Shown here one piece after another: positions 45,048-54,812 of a DNA stretch of 64,000 nucleotides. Position numbers and translations under genes: made by a program. Each line of letters begins with the position of its first letter. The first letter of the stretch is position 1. Source of the stretch: an uncultured virus (IMG/VR IMGVR_UViG_3300047564_001460) (lineage: Duplodnaviria > Heunggongvirae > Uroviricota > Caudoviricetes); IMG/VR virus record IMGVR_UViG_3300047564_001460; one strand, given 5' to 3'. Below the pieces are notes generated by a model. That model had not been told where the DNA came from. It did not search any database and saw nothing but the letters and a program-made list of their open reading frames with translations.

Positions 45048-46049
45048 CTATTGCGTCACGATAACATCCCACGAGGATGTTTGGCTATTGTTAACATTTT
45101 GCCAGTTTGTACTTTGGTAGTCATCAATAAGTTCCCATAAGTATCTGGGTAAGGCTGTGTCACTCGCTAATGAAGACTCAAGTACTGTAGCTAAAACTGC
45201 TGCCCCACCGGAAACCGAATCAGTAGCAGACGCAGCATCAGCAGCAACAGCAACAAGGTTAGCCAAAGAACTAATGTTGTCTGACCCATTAGCAGATTCA
45301 ACAATTTCCGCGATGAACAACGGTTGGGATAAGCTGGAGTCGGCAGCATTTGCTGATTCTGTAATGTAAGCCAAAAACAACTTGAAAGAATCGGTAGCAT
45401 CTGATCCGCTAGCAGATTCCGTAATTGAGGTACTAAGTGAAAGCCCCCCTGAAGATGCATCCGACCCGTTAGCTGCTTCCGAAACCAAAGTAAGTGCGGA
45501 AAGTGTCGTACTGCTTGAATCAACACCATTAGCGGTTTCTGCGATTGACGCAACAAGTGAAAAGCCCCCCGAAGAGAGGTCCGCCCCACTAGCTGTTTCT
45601 GCGATAGAAACAGATATTGAAAATGTTGAATTTGTTGAGTCTGTACCGTTTGCTGCTTCCGAAACTGCTGCGCTAAGTGTGTAGCTAGCACTAGTTGAGT
45701 CTGTACCGTTTGCTGCTTCTGAGATTGCTGCGCTAAGTGTGTAGCTAGCACTAGTTGAGTCTGTACCGTTTGCTGCTTCCGAAACTGCTGCGCTAAGTGT
45801 GTAGCTAGCACTAGTTGAGTCTGTACCATTTGCTGCTTCCGAAATAACAGCACCCACAGATAACAAAGCGTTAACTGCATCAGTCCCATTTGCAGTTTCA
45901 GATATAGATACGTCATATACACGCACCCCACTAAAACCCCATGTACCTGAACCCCAAGTACCATAACCCCAGCCTTCGGTAACGGGAGGAGACCCGCTCT
46001 CGCCTGTCGCACCAAATGGTGCACCGCTAAACGCTGAGAAGCCGAACAC
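45048..46049 (-). CDS. Virion fibre-like protein with 20-aa repeats
   Basis: (SEAANGTDSTSASYTLSAAV)n. Confidence 0.75.
   Translation of the reverse strand: MFGFSAFSGAPFGATGESGSPPVTEGWGYGTWGSGTWGFSGVRVYDVSISETANGTDAVNALLSVGAVISEAANGTDSTSASYTLSAAVSEAANGTDSTSASYTLSAAISEAANGTDSTSASYTLSAAVSEAANGTDSTNSTFSISVSIAETASGADLSSGGFSLVASIAETANGVDSSSTTLSALTLVSEAANGSDASSGGLSLSTSITESASGSDATDSFKLFLAYITESANAADSSLSQPLFIAEIVESANGSDNISSLANLVAVAADAASATDSVSGGAAVLATVLESSLASDTALPRYLWELIDDYQSTNWQNVNNSQTSSWDVIVTQ
45633..45844. repeat. 60-bp tandem repeat, about 3.5 near-identical copies
   Basis: Lines starting at 45661, 45721 and 45781 are almost identical. Confidence 0.95.
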
Positions 46050-46058
46050 ATTGTTGCC

Positions 46059-46370
46059 TTATATGAGCTGTGCGGTGGTGAGGTTGATGATTTGATCGGT
46101 GGTTAAGACTTCTGGGATTGTAATGGGTATTTCTTCTGAAGGTGAGGTTTGCCAAGCACTCTCAACCCACATCTTGCCTTCGTGCTGCCAGTTCCACTGC
46201 CATCCTGCCCTGTCTGCTGGCTTAGGGTCTCTTACGATCCATTCCCAGTTTAGCCATACCAACTCTTTACCATCAGGGATGTCTGTCGGAGGCGAAGGAG
46301 CCTGTTGCCAGCCTTCAGTACCGTCTGTTTCAGTGCTTGGGATAGACCCGTTCTTTGTCCAGTATTGCAT
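46059..46370 (-). CDS. Trp/Pro-rich fibre-associated protein
   Basis: GAGG RBS; position. Confidence 0.6.
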   Translation of the reverse strand: MQYWTKNGSIPSTETDGTEGWQQAPSPPTDIPDGKELVWLNWEWIVRDPKPADRAGWQWNWQHEGKMWVESAWQTSPSEEIPITIPEVLTTDQIINLTTAQLI

Positions 46371-46379
46371 GGTCTACCT

Positions 46380-48458
46380 CTATAGGGTTGGGAAGGCTGC
46401 TGTTGGTGTAGTAATTGTTCTTGCGTACCTAGTAATACGAAGATCATTAATGTAGCCAAGGAACGGTAAATCCCCGTTTGTATTTCTTGCCCCCACAACT
46501 GGAATGGCTCCAGATGGAGAGTAAATAGAACTAGCAAACGTATTTTGAGCCACCTGCGATCCTGCAACATAAATTTTTATGTTGTTAGTTCCACTCCCAG
46601 ACCGAACCACACTAATGTAATTCCAAGCATTCGTAGTGAGCGTACCTCCATAAAGAACAAGTTGATAAGATACGCCATCACTTGACAATCCAATACCTAC
46701 ACTTGCACTTGAATTTATAGTGAAAATTATGCCATTAGTCGTAGCGTTTTCTCTTGAATAAATAACTTGAGTTCCAGAGGGTGTGGCTGTTATATAAATC
46801 CAAGCCTCAATCGTAAAATCAGATGCTTGGAAATTAAACATTGGTACGTCCACACCTCTTAAATAATCACCCGTCCCATCAAAGTACATACTCCCGCTTC
46901 CCCACTTAGCAGAGATAGCCGTACTTATCTGAGCATTCCCCACCGTCTCCAAGTCATTCTTAGACGTAGCGTCATAGATACCGGCGTTGGTGAAGTTGAG
47001 GAGGAGGCTGGTGTTGGTGATGGCGGTGAGTGGTGCGGTGGGTGGAGTGAACTGTGTCCCGTTTGGATATACACAGCTTCCTTTTACTATACGGAAGTTA
47101 CTAATGTAACCATTCCAATATTGAGCAGCATATTCTCCGACCCTACCTATTGACAATTGAGTCGAAGAGTCATTAATACTTGCCCCTGCAACATTAGAAG
47201 TCCCATCTTGAACCCCGTTGATGTATTGGCGTAATGTATTTCCATCTCTTACAAAAGCAATATGAACCCACTGGTTAGTAGGCATATCTGCTGTACTTGT
47301 ACAAGTGTATCCTGTAGTTCCGCTATAAACGCCATTAAGAACTTTGTTCCCTGAACTATTGCCACCAAAAAATGAAATCGTTGACAGAGATAAAGAACTT
47401 GCGAATTGCCCATAAACACGTAAATCAGAACCACCTAAAAAATAAGTCCAATATTCAATCGTAAAATCACCGCTACCCATCGTAAACGCAGCGTTATCAG
47501 CAGTGCTTAACCAATCTGAGTTCCCATCAAAATACCCTGACCCACCATAGGTCGCAGCAGACCACGATGCAGTGGGGTTGAATGGGGAGAAGGCGACTAC
47601 GGTTGGGGAGCCTGAAGGCGTAAGGGTAAATGGCGTGTTGCTTGTATTACCCTGCCCGTTGTCAATAAAACGATTTGACTGACAAGTAAGTAAAGATGTC
47701 TGCCCTGTTGTAATCGCGGATATGTTTGTTCCAGCGGACTGCGTAGCCGCAAGCGGTGAGGTTGGTGGTGTAAATGCCCCTGTGTAAACCGCAACGCCTT
47801 TAACAACTCTCGTGTTGCTTAAATAACCAGAAAAAGCATAACCAGAAAGAACTCCTGTTCCTTTTGCAATATAAGGGCTGTTTTGAGTTATATTTTGCGC
47901 TCTTGTACCTGAAGCTATACTTGCACCATCAAGATATACGGTTAAAACATTTGAGGAATCTCTAACAACTGCTAAGTGATGCCATTGATTAGGCCAACTT
48001 GATGTTAATGAATAAGTTAAATCGTTTGTATAGCCATCAATTCTTACAGTCAAAACACCTAAACTTGTAAAAATTCCAAAACTACCAGAGGTATTAACCG
48101 ACCCTAAGTCATAAAACAATTGGTCAGAAGAATTTGAGCCAGTTGAATAAAACCAAGTTTCAAAAGTAAATTGCCCCGTTCCAAAAGCAAACGCAGCGTT
48201 GCTTGGTGCAGTAAGCCCTGAACTAGAAAAATAATTCCCCCACCCCGTCTGTGAGAACGGTGAGAACGTACCCTGTGTCGTGTTTCCGTTGCGGGTGATG
48301 GTGAAGTTATTGGTAGAACCGTCTAAGAACGTATTGTTCTGTGCGCCATTCGTACCGTTGCCAGGAAGCAGTAGCGTGGTGTATTCGTAGTAAGGGTCTG
48401 CGGTGACTGCGCTACCTGAGAAGATAGACGCAATCATTGCTGTTAAGTTACCAGCCAT
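46380..48458 (-). CDS. Receptor-binding/fibre protein with three LamG (concanavalin A-like) domains
   Basis: Three FT.E.W...W.H.A.VR...GY....R repeats. Confidence 0.85.
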   Translation of the reverse strand: MAGNLTAMIASIFSGSAVTADPYYEYTTLLLPGNGTNGAQNNTFLDGSTNNFTITRNGNTTQGTFSPFSQTGWGNYFSSSGLTAPSNAAFAFGTGQFTFETWFYSTGSNSSDQLFYDLGSVNTSGSFGIFTSLGVLTVRIDGYTNDLTYSLTSSWPNQWHHLAVVRDSSNVLTVYLDGASIASGTRAQNITQNSPYIAKGTGVLSGYAFSGYLSNTRVVKGVAVYTGAFTPPTSPLAATQSAGTNISAITTGQTSLLTCQSNRFIDNGQGNTSNTPFTLTPSGSPTVVAFSPFNPTASWSAATYGGSGYFDGNSDWLSTADNAAFTMGSGDFTIEYWTYFLGGSDLRVYGQFASSLSLSTISFFGGNSSGNKVLNGVYSGTTGYTCTSTADMPTNQWVHIAFVRDGNTLRQYINGVQDGTSNVAGASINDSSTQLSIGRVGEYAAQYWNGYISNFRIVKGSCVYPNGTQFTPPTAPLTAITNTSLLLNFTNAGIYDATSKNDLETVGNAQISTAISAKWGSGSMYFDGTGDYLRGVDVPMFNFQASDFTIEAWIYITATPSGTQVIYSRENATTNGIIFTINSSASVGIGLSSDGVSYQLVLYGGTLTTNAWNYISVVRSGSGTNNIKIYVAGSQVAQNTFASSIYSPSGAIPVVGARNTNGDLPFLGYINDLRITRYARTITTPTAAFPTL

Positions 48459-48459
48459 A

Positions 48460-49200
48460 TCAGGTCACTCCTGGTCCAGTAACCCACCAAGTATCTGTAG
48501 CAACTTTCAACAACGATGCCATACCCTTAGTAGCTACAGTACGGTTTCCAGTAGCACCATTAGCTAACTGAAACGTTACACCAGCACCAGAGATCGTTAG
48601 TGCACCGCTGTTGTTGTTAAGTACTAGGATTGTAGTTCCTGTAGGAAATGCTACAGAAGCGTTGGTTGGTACTGTAAGCGTTGCTGTAGAGCCACCAGTA
48701 AAGTAAACATGATCACCAGCATCAGCCAGCGCAAGCGTGTAAGCAGTCGCACCACCAGAAACTTGTGGTGAGCCGATATAGCCCACTGAGCTAATAGGCA
48801 TTGTGCTGTTCTTAAGCAACTTGCCCGTTGTGCCATCGTAGACCGCAAGAACCGAGTCCGTAGAGCTAGCAGGGCCGACCACATCGCCAGCACCCGCTAA
48901 AGCCATAAGGCTCCAGTAAGTTGCGTTCGTGGGTAGATTGCCGGTGGAGTTAAGTATGCAGATGTAAGATGAATTGTTGTAAGAAACAACGTCGTTCACT
49001 ACATAAGCAGTTCCCGCGCTATACGCACCAAGCCATTTCATACTTGCAGCGTAACCAAGACTATTCCAAGCCGTGGAACCATTACCAACCTTAAACCGCC
49101 CTGTGTCCGTTTCAGCGCCGATTTCCCCTGCCATCAAAGTAGGGTTAGCAGAAGTCCACTGAGCAGCAGTGCCATTACGGGTTTGAATTTGAACGGCCAT
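48460..49200 (-). CDS. Fibre protein with Mtd/hyaluronidase-type N-terminal anchor
   Basis: QTRNGTAAQWTSANPTL.AGEIG.ETDT..FKVGNG. Confidence 0.8.
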   Translation of the reverse strand: MAVQIQTRNGTAAQWTSANPTLMAGEIGAETDTGRFKVGNGSTAWNSLGYAASMKWLGAYSAGTAYVVNDVVSYNNSSYICILNSTGNLPTNATYWSLMALAGAGDVVGPASSTDSVLAVYDGTTGKLLKNSTMPISSVGYIGSPQVSGGATAYTLALADAGDHVYFTGGSTATLTVPTNASVAFPTGTTILVLNNNSGALTISGAGVTFQLANGATGNRTVATKGMASLLKVATDTWWVTGPGVT

Positions 49201-49586
49201 TAGGGTGCTCCTCCGTCGATAGCCTGTGCGCCGCCATAGTTAGTTGAAGGGACGCCGCCATCTAGGTTTGGTGAATTGGCTAATGCTGCTTCAGCAGGGA
49301 GAGTTACAAAAACACTTTTTGTCCCCGCACTAAAGTTGACTAAGTTACCTGAGTTGCTAGAAGACAGCACCGTGCTTCTTGATAAGGTCGTGCCGCTGGA
49401 TGTGTAAGTTCCGATCCCAACTTCCCAGTCAGAACCTGATTGATCAGCTATGGTGTAATAAGTGCTGTTGCCGTTTCCTACCGCAGCGAAGGATTGAAAC
49501 CCTGTTACAGCACCGGCTAGAGTTACTGTCCCTGTGCCAGTGCTGACTGTAGTTTCCTGTACACGATCAGCAAGGACGAAAGCCAT
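49200..49586 (-). CDS. Virion structural protein
   Basis: ADRVQETT.STGTG...WEVGIGT motif. Confidence 0.7.
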   Translation of the reverse strand: MAFVLADRVQETTVSTGTGTVTLAGAVTGFQSFAAVGNGNSTYYTIADQSGSDWEVGIGTYTSSGTTLSRSTVLSSSNSGNLVNFSAGTKSVFVTLPAEAALANSPNLDGGVPSTNYGGAQAIDGGAP

Positions 49587-49587
49587 A

Positions 49588-50163
49588 TTACGTTGCAGCT
49601 AAAGAAAATTGATAAGTTACTTGGAGTGTGTCACCGTTAACTACTGCGCGAGAGCCCCCAGTAAAATCATTAGCAGAAAATAAAATATACACCCCAGTAG
49701 TACCCCCTTTCGTACTGTCGTTAGACAAGAAAGCTCCATAAATAGTTGTAGAACCATTTATATTGAATACTGCTTTATTTGCTGAATTAGTTACAACCGC
49801 TGGGTTAGTTGCGCTTGGAGCAGCAAACGTAGCAATAGGGCGAGTGGCATCACTGTACGTAGTATTTTCTGTCCAAGTACCATGAGAAGTATAAGTATCA
49901 GAAGCAGATGGGGTACCAGTATTTTTTAACCCAACATACCACGTAGTAATACGTGCTGTAGAGCCATCAAGCGCTGTACCGGCCATATATTGAAGACCAA
50001 CATTAACCACAAGATTCTTGGATTCAGCGGTCCACTTGAGCTTGCCGTCTTTGTCGTAGCACTCAAACGTATATTTACCCATAGCATGGGCACCTTCTGA
50101 CGAAGCGGGACGAGCAATCAACCCTCCAGAAACAACATCCGTAGCTTTACTCTTTTCCATCAT
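49588..50163 (-). CDS. Virion structural protein
   Basis: NLVVNVG...GDTLQVTY pattern. Confidence 0.7.
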   Translation of the reverse strand: MMEKSKATDVVSGGLIARPASSEGAHAMGKYTFECYDKDGKLKWTAESKNLVVNVGLQYMAGTALDGSTARITTWYVGLKNTGTPSASDTYTSHGTWTENTTYSDATRPIATFAAPSATNPAVVTNSANKAVFNINGSTTIYGAFLSNDSTKGGTTGVYILFSANDFTGGSRAVVNGDTLQVTYQFSLAAT

Positions 50164-50582
50164 GAAATCCTTAAAATGGCGTTACTGCTATTTGCAGTTG
50201 GAAACTGTACTTGAAATGTGGACGTAGAAATCTTATCAGACCCAAAATCAAGTACGCATACAGTTGGGTTAGTAACCCCATCATATTTGTAAATCAGCGC
50301 CCCACGAGCAGTAATCGCTGCACTCCAAGACACATTAGCAAAAGAGATATAAGCAACGGTGCTGCCCGCGCTAATTGTAGGTGTAGCTGTTACAGTAAGC
50401 GTAGCACCACCCGAACTATACCCAGAAGCTGAGACTTCGTTTTCAGAAGTATAAGCAGCCGTATTCTCCCCAAGAGAAGCTAACGCAGTATACAAAGCAA
50501 TCTTAAATGTGTCGGTGGAGAAATCATAATCTCCATTCATCAACCCAGTCTTAAATGCGTTTGTGGCGGTCTGTGCAATCAT
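50160..50582 (-). CDS. Virion structural protein
   Basis: FKIALYT...GYSSGG...ARGALIY...VLDFG. Confidence 0.7.
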   Translation of the reverse strand: MIAQTATNAFKTGLMNGDYDFSTDTFKIALYTALASLGENTAAYTSENEVSASGYSSGGATLTVTATPTISAGSTVAYISFANVSWSAAITARGALIYKYDGVTNPTVCVLDFGSDKISTSTFQVQFPTANSSNAILRIS

Positions 50583-51271
50583 TAAGTCACCGCTTGTCTG
50601 TACTGACCACTACGATAAGCATCCTGTCGTTCCATACCATCACCAAGACGTTTAGCCAACCCAAGAGCTTCCATATACTTTTGGTTGTATAGCTGCATCA
50701 TATCGGGCTCACCTTTCATATAGGTGTAAGCCTCAACAAGCGAACCATACAAAAGAACTGAGTCAAAATTATCCCCAAGCCAAGACGTATTAGCTGTAAC
50801 GATGGACTCTGGGTAATAGTAATAATGCAACTCAACTGAATAACTAGCGTCGGGTGTAGGCCCAAAAAGAAAAGTCAGTTCGTTAGTAATTGTACTTCCA
50901 GAAACTGTTGGCCCAAATAAAGCATAATAACGAGGGAGCCCTGTATCAGCAGGATTGGGATATGCCTGCCTAATAAAATTAACATCTTTGTTCAATAAGT
51001 ACTCATACGCACCAGTGGCATCTATAACTGCAAAAGAGTACACGGCTAAAAAATCATTTGGGCAGTTTAAATACATAGCCCTAAGACCAGCACCTGATCC
51101 AGAATACGCTGAGGTAACCCCCGTCACATTTTTACGAAGTGATGGAAACTGTACGGTGTTATAGATACGCTGCTCAGCCTGCTGAACAAACGTGGGAATC
51201 TCAGCAACAAAAGCTGTGCTTGTATTCTCCGTGTACGCTTGAATAGCAGAACTGAGATCAGTGTAATTCAT
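50582..51271 (-). CDS. Head-tail adaptor / tail tubular protein A-like
   Basis: FVQQAEQRI, G.PRYYA, PTPD..Y, LLYGSL.EA. Confidence 0.7.
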   Translation of the reverse strand: MNYTDLSSAIQAYTENTSTAFVAEIPTFVQQAEQRIYNTVQFPSLRKNVTGVTSAYSGSGAGLRAMYLNCPNDFLAVYSFAVIDATGAYEYLLNKDVNFIRQAYPNPADTGLPRYYALFGPTVSGSTITNELTFLFGPTPDASYSVELHYYYYPESIVTANTSWLGDNFDSVLLYGSLVEAYTYMKGEPDMMQLYNQKYMEALGLAKRLGDGMERQDAYRSGQYRQAVT

Positions 51272-51468
51272 GCCATCGGGCCTCTAGCCATCAAACCTTT
51301 AGTGGCAGCACCTGTACCGCGAATCTTAATCCCGCTGGTTTTAGGCGGCTTGTAGTCGTTACTGTGGTTGCTAGCTACAGAAACGTTAGCTTCGCGCATG
51401 TACTGCTTATTGTTTGAAAGCCCAGCTTCTTCCATCGGCTGATACTTAGGTGTTTTGTAAAGCGCCAT
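51268..51468 (-). CDS. Small basic protein
   Basis: RGTGAATKG motif; GGAGG RBS. Confidence 0.65.
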   Translation of the reverse strand: MALYKTPKYQPMEEAGLSNNKQYMREANVSVASNHSNDYKPPKTSGIKIRGTGAATKGLMARGPMA

Positions 51469-51469
51469 A

Positions 51470-51637
51470 TTAGCCTCCACGACCGGTGTGGCGTTGGTTC
51501 ATAACCTTTGCCATGTTACGCCCGTACTTGAGCATATCAGCATTAGTTTTACCACCAGCGCGAAGTTTAGTCAGGGGCTTGCCAGGGTGCATAGCTTTTT
51601 CATGCTTGTGCACGGCTTTCTTTGCATCGTCTTTCAT
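51470..51637 (-). CDS. 55-aa basic protein (MKDDAKKAVHKHEKAMHPG...)
   Basis: AAGGAG RBS; fills the gap; missed by the ORF track. Confidence 0.7.
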   Translation of the reverse strand: MKDDAKKAVHKHEKAMHPGKPLTKLRAGGKTNADMLKYGRNMAKVMNQRHTGRGG

Positions 51638-51647
51638 ATCCGACTCC

Positions 51648-52076
51648 TTATGTCGTCACTACCGTAACTGTACCAATATCGACGTTCAGAACCAAGTAAT
51701 TTGGCGTAAGTCCGTTGTCATCCGATCGAGCACCGCCTACTGGACTCCAACCCCACTGAAACACCCTACTACCCGTCTCAGGAAATCCTACTCCATTTAC
51801 TGTAGTACTAGAAGTCTGAAGAATCTGTAGTCCACTTTGCCCTGACTGATAGTAGCTTCGATCGGGGCGCGGTTCACGTAACGCCTGTGGATCATCTACT
51901 GGATACATACCAAGCTGCAACTGCGGTTGATCAGGATCCCAACATTCAGGACAGACCAACAGATTATAGTTCTTGGTCTTTATGATTTCTCGGCGAAGCA
52001 ATTTCAGTTTAAACCGCTGATCACAGCGATCGCACTGCGCAATTGCATTTTTACCTGAGGCAAATCGTTGACCCAT
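51648..52076 (-). CDS. Conserved CxxC-CxxC morphogenesis protein
   Basis: CDRC...VCPECWD..QPQ. Confidence 0.7.
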   Translation of the reverse strand: MGQRFASGKNAIAQCDRCDQRFKLKLLRREIIKTKNYNLLVCPECWDPDQPQLQLGMYPVDDPQALREPRPDRSYYQSGQSGLQILQTSSTTVNGVGFPETGSRVFQWGWSPVGGARSDDNGLTPNYLVLNVDIGTVTVVTT

Positions 52077-53008
52077 TAAATAGTGCTCCCGATGAACTGC
52101 TGACGGGGTACAAGTCTTAGCGCAGCTTTCTCTCTATCTTCAGACGCAGCAAGCTCCCAAGCCTCATCGTATTGCTGCTTCAACATAACTAAACGCTGTG
52201 CACCTTCTGGAATCTTCATCGCGATGTAGTACGCCAACCCAGCAGCCAAGCATGGGATGAACCTAAACGGCACGTCCATGATGTTGACACCACCGCCAGC
52301 GTCTTGAGTACGGCGAAGTCTCCAGTAAGCAAATACGTAGGTAGTAGCAGCGTCAGGAGTCGGCCAAACCGTTATTGCTGGGACCTGCGCCCAATAAACA
52401 GCCGTTCCAGTCGTGTGTGATGCAGCAGTTGTATCTTGCTGTGCGCGGAAACAATTAGATAAAGTATTGCCGCTAATGTAGCTGTAGTTAATGATCTCGT
52501 TGTCGATCTTTACAAATCCAGAAGCGGGCAAACCCACTACAGAATTCAAAGTTATTGACGTTGCCGTGCTATTGATCGCCCCATTTAGAGTCAATCCAGT
52601 CGGCGAGTTTTGTGCGTTATATCGCTGTATCCATACTTGAATAGGGCGAGCTTGCTGAATTTTGTTGGGGATCGTAGCGTAGGTTGAGACGCTGATGCGG
52701 GAAATTGTTAGGTCAGCCTGAGTGGAAGCTAAGTTGCCCCCTGTGCGAATCACATGCTCAAGCAAATCAATTGTGTCGTTAGGTAGGGGGTAGGTGTTTT
52801 GCCCCTGCTGAAGTGTGATGGTTCCAGGCTCAATACTCCACATATTGATACCACGGTTAGCCCAATCAGCAAACATAATATTGAGACTGCGCCGAGCTGT
52901 GCGCAGGTTGTAACCAGTACGAAGTTCACTCCCAGCGCGTTCAAACGCCTCTTCGACCAGCTCAGCTAGGTCAAGATTAAAAGTCGTTGCACCAGAGGTA
53001 ATAGCCAT
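52076..53008 (-). CDS. Head completion/adaptor protein (P22 gp4-like)
   Basis: EEAFER.G...ARRSLN....WANRG, WPTPD, GLAYY; position. Confidence 0.7.
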   Translation of the reverse strand: MAITSGATTFNLDLAELVEEAFERAGSELRTGYNLRTARRSLNIMFADWANRGINMWSIEPGTITLQQGQNTYPLPNDTIDLLEHVIRTGGNLASTQADLTISRISVSTYATIPNKIQQARPIQVWIQRYNAQNSPTGLTLNGAINSTATSITLNSVVGLPASGFVKIDNEIINYSYISGNTLSNCFRAQQDTTAASHTTGTAVYWAQVPAITVWPTPDAATTYVFAYWRLRRTQDAGGGVNIMDVPFRFIPCLAAGLAYYIAMKIPEGAQRLVMLKQQYDEAWELAASEDREKAALRLVPRQQFIGSTI

Positions 53009-53241
53009 TATCTAAATCCTGAAGTCTTCTTTGCGATGGACTTGGGTTGCGCTACGAATTGCTTTCCTTTGGCTTTTCCTGCTCGTTTTGCTCGGGTTGT
53101 TGCTGCGTATTCTTGGGGGGAAAGAGCTTTGATCGCAGCTTCTGGAAGGTATCTTTCACCTGTTTTACTAGACGGTTTACCACTTTTAGTCCTCCATTTC
53201 TGGTCACCCCAAGCCTTCAGACTTTGCTGTGGTGCTTTCAA
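53008..53241 (-). CDS. Small basic protein (DUF5872-like)
   Basis: QSLK.W..QKWRTKSGK...ERYLP. Confidence 0.7.
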   Translation of the reverse strand: MKAPQQSLKAWGDQKWRTKSGKPSSKTGERYLPEAAIKALSPQEYAATTRAKRAGKAKGKQFVAQPKSIAKKTSGFR

Positions 53242-53513
53242 TCTCGGTAGCCTCCACCAGCGGCTTTGTACTTCTTAGCTACAAGTTGTGCTTTGCGGGC
53301 GGACCATTGTCCTGCACCTGTGCCGTGGGTAGCCGCAGCTTTAACCTGAGAAACAATACGCTTGCGCAACTCAGGTTTGGTGTAATTACCCGCTGCATTT
53401 ACCTTACCGCCTTCGGCATACTCATCAAAGTCAGTATTATCTCGCCTAGCTTTACGCTTGGCAGACGGCATTTTGGATGGGCTTATTGCACCCATCCCGC
53501 GACACGGCATCAT
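53238..53513 (-). CDS. Small basic protein (DUF5872-like)
   Basis: YTKPELR...GQWSARKAQ...YK.AGGGY. Confidence 0.7.
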   Translation of the reverse strand: MMPCRGMGAISPSKMPSAKRKARRDNTDFDEYAEGGKVNAAGNYTKPELRKRIVSQVKAAATHGTGAGQWSARKAQLVAKKYKAAGGGYRD

Positions 53514-53516
53514 GAT

Positions 53517-54005
53517 TTAGCAAGACTTAGCTTTGCCGCCGTACTTCATGCCAAGTGGTTTGCTGCCGGACATATGAATCATCTTGCCCTTGGTTTTACC
53601 CTTGGTAGCAACGCCATCACGGCTGGGGGCAGCAGTTTTAACAGTACCCATTTTAGCGGTAGTGATACCGCCTTTTGCCATCTTTTTCATTTCGGATTCC
53701 TCATGTTTAACCATAGATGCAGGAGCGCCCTTTTTCTTCATGAACGCTACTTCTTTCTTGACCATTGCCTTAGATTCAGCCATACCACCTCCTGCCATAA
53801 GAGCCGTCTTCCCATGACGAGTTGAAGGCTTGTTTATCTTCTGAAGATCCGGTCGGCTGCTAGATCCAGAACCAAACTTCAGACCCTTACTTTTCTCACT
53901 ATATTCTTGAGCTACATCTTGTGGAATACCTGCCTTCTTCGCAAAGCTTGGGTTATGTGCTGCTGCATCCATGAACCTTTTTTGCTTGGCACTAACGGCT
54001 GGCAT
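53517..54005 (-). CDS. Lys-rich basic protein
   Basis: SAKQKRFM.AAAHNP.FAKK; several M-x-x-GG motifs. Confidence 0.7.
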   Translation of the reverse strand: MPAVSAKQKRFMDAAAHNPSFAKKAGIPQDVAQEYSEKSKGLKFGSGSSSRPDLQKINKPSTRHGKTALMAGGGMAESKAMVKKEVAFMKKKGAPASMVKHEESEMKKMAKGGITTAKMGTVKTAAPSRDGVATKGKTKGKMIHMSGSKPLGMKYGGKAKSC

Positions 54006-54246
54006 TCCTGTGCTCCTTGATAAACGCATCCAGTTTGGTATCCAGACGATCCAACCGGTCCAGGACTCGATTGATGTCGTTGTGCACGTCCACCTTCGTC
54101 ACGTACTCTCTCGCTACTTCCTCGCGAGTCTTGTTTATTAAGACTCCCAATCTGTGCAACTCTACTGACTTCTCCTTGAGTATCCACCCTAGTAGCCCAA
54201 TGAATGTAGTCAGCAAGGCGTTCCATATCAGCATTTCCATGCCCAC
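53992..54246 (-). CDS. Single-TM coiled-coil protein
   Basis: N-terminal TM helix, then heptad pattern. Confidence 0.65.
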   Translation of the reverse strand: MGMEMLIWNALLTTFIGLLGWILKEKSVELHRLGVLINKTREEVAREYVTKVDVHNDINRVLDRLDRLDTKLDAFIKEHRNASR

Positions 54247-54250
54247 ACCA

Positions 54251-54805
54251 TCACATCACTCTGCCGCGAGTTTTACCCCGCTTAGCAATACCGTCGGCGC
54301 GACTAGACGCTGAATTTACTTTACCACCTCTTTTGTACTCTTTGTCCTCGTTATTCTTAACCCTGCGCATAGCGTCTTCAACATCTTTGAAGGCTTGCTC
54401 TTGATCCACACGCTCTTGCGCTTCTTTGGTTAATTTAACTCTGTCGGACGGTACAGACGCTTTGTCGATAACTTTATCGATAGCTTTGCCAACTTTTGGA
54501 TTGCGCTTGTCTATTTCTTCGCCAATAGCCCTGCCTGCCATAAAGGCAGCTTGAGCAGCACCCGCACGGCCCATAGTTCGTGAAAGCGCCCTACCAGCAG
54601 CTTCTTGGGTTTTAGCGCGATCCATGTAACCACGATTACCTTCGCGGTTAGTTTTTTGATCTAACCCTTTTTTGATCCTATCAAGATCAGCTTCGTTAGA
54701 AGCCACTACATCTTCTTTGGGGTGGGGGGTTAAATCTTTTGCGTTGGTTTGGTTAGGCGACCTGTATATGTAGCCTTCCTTTTCCGGTCTGTTTAAGCGT
54801 CCCAT
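54251..54805 (-). CDS. Basic hypothetical virion protein
   Basis: GAGG RBS; C-terminal YKRGGKV..RADGIAKRGKTRG. Confidence 0.7.
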   Translation of the reverse strand: MGRLNRPEKEGYIYRSPNQTNAKDLTPHPKEDVVASNEADLDRIKKGLDQKTNREGNRGYMDRAKTQEAAGRALSRTMGRAGAAQAAFMAGRAIGEEIDKRNPKVGKAIDKVIDKASVPSDRVKLTKEAQERVDQEQAFKDVEDAMRRVKNNEDKEYKRGGKVNSASSRADGIAKRGKTRGRVM

Positions 54806-54812
54806 AGTTACC

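Noticed and set aside
45191..46051. 286-aa alternative-frame ORF over the repeat gene
   Set aside because: Stop-free by-product of the 60-bp repeat; the 45048-46049 frame has the coherent protein
48460..49200. Diversity-generating retroelement (Mtd-like gene)
   Set aside because: Only the N-terminal anchor is similar; no reverse transcriptase and no TR/VR pair with adenine-specific mismatches seen
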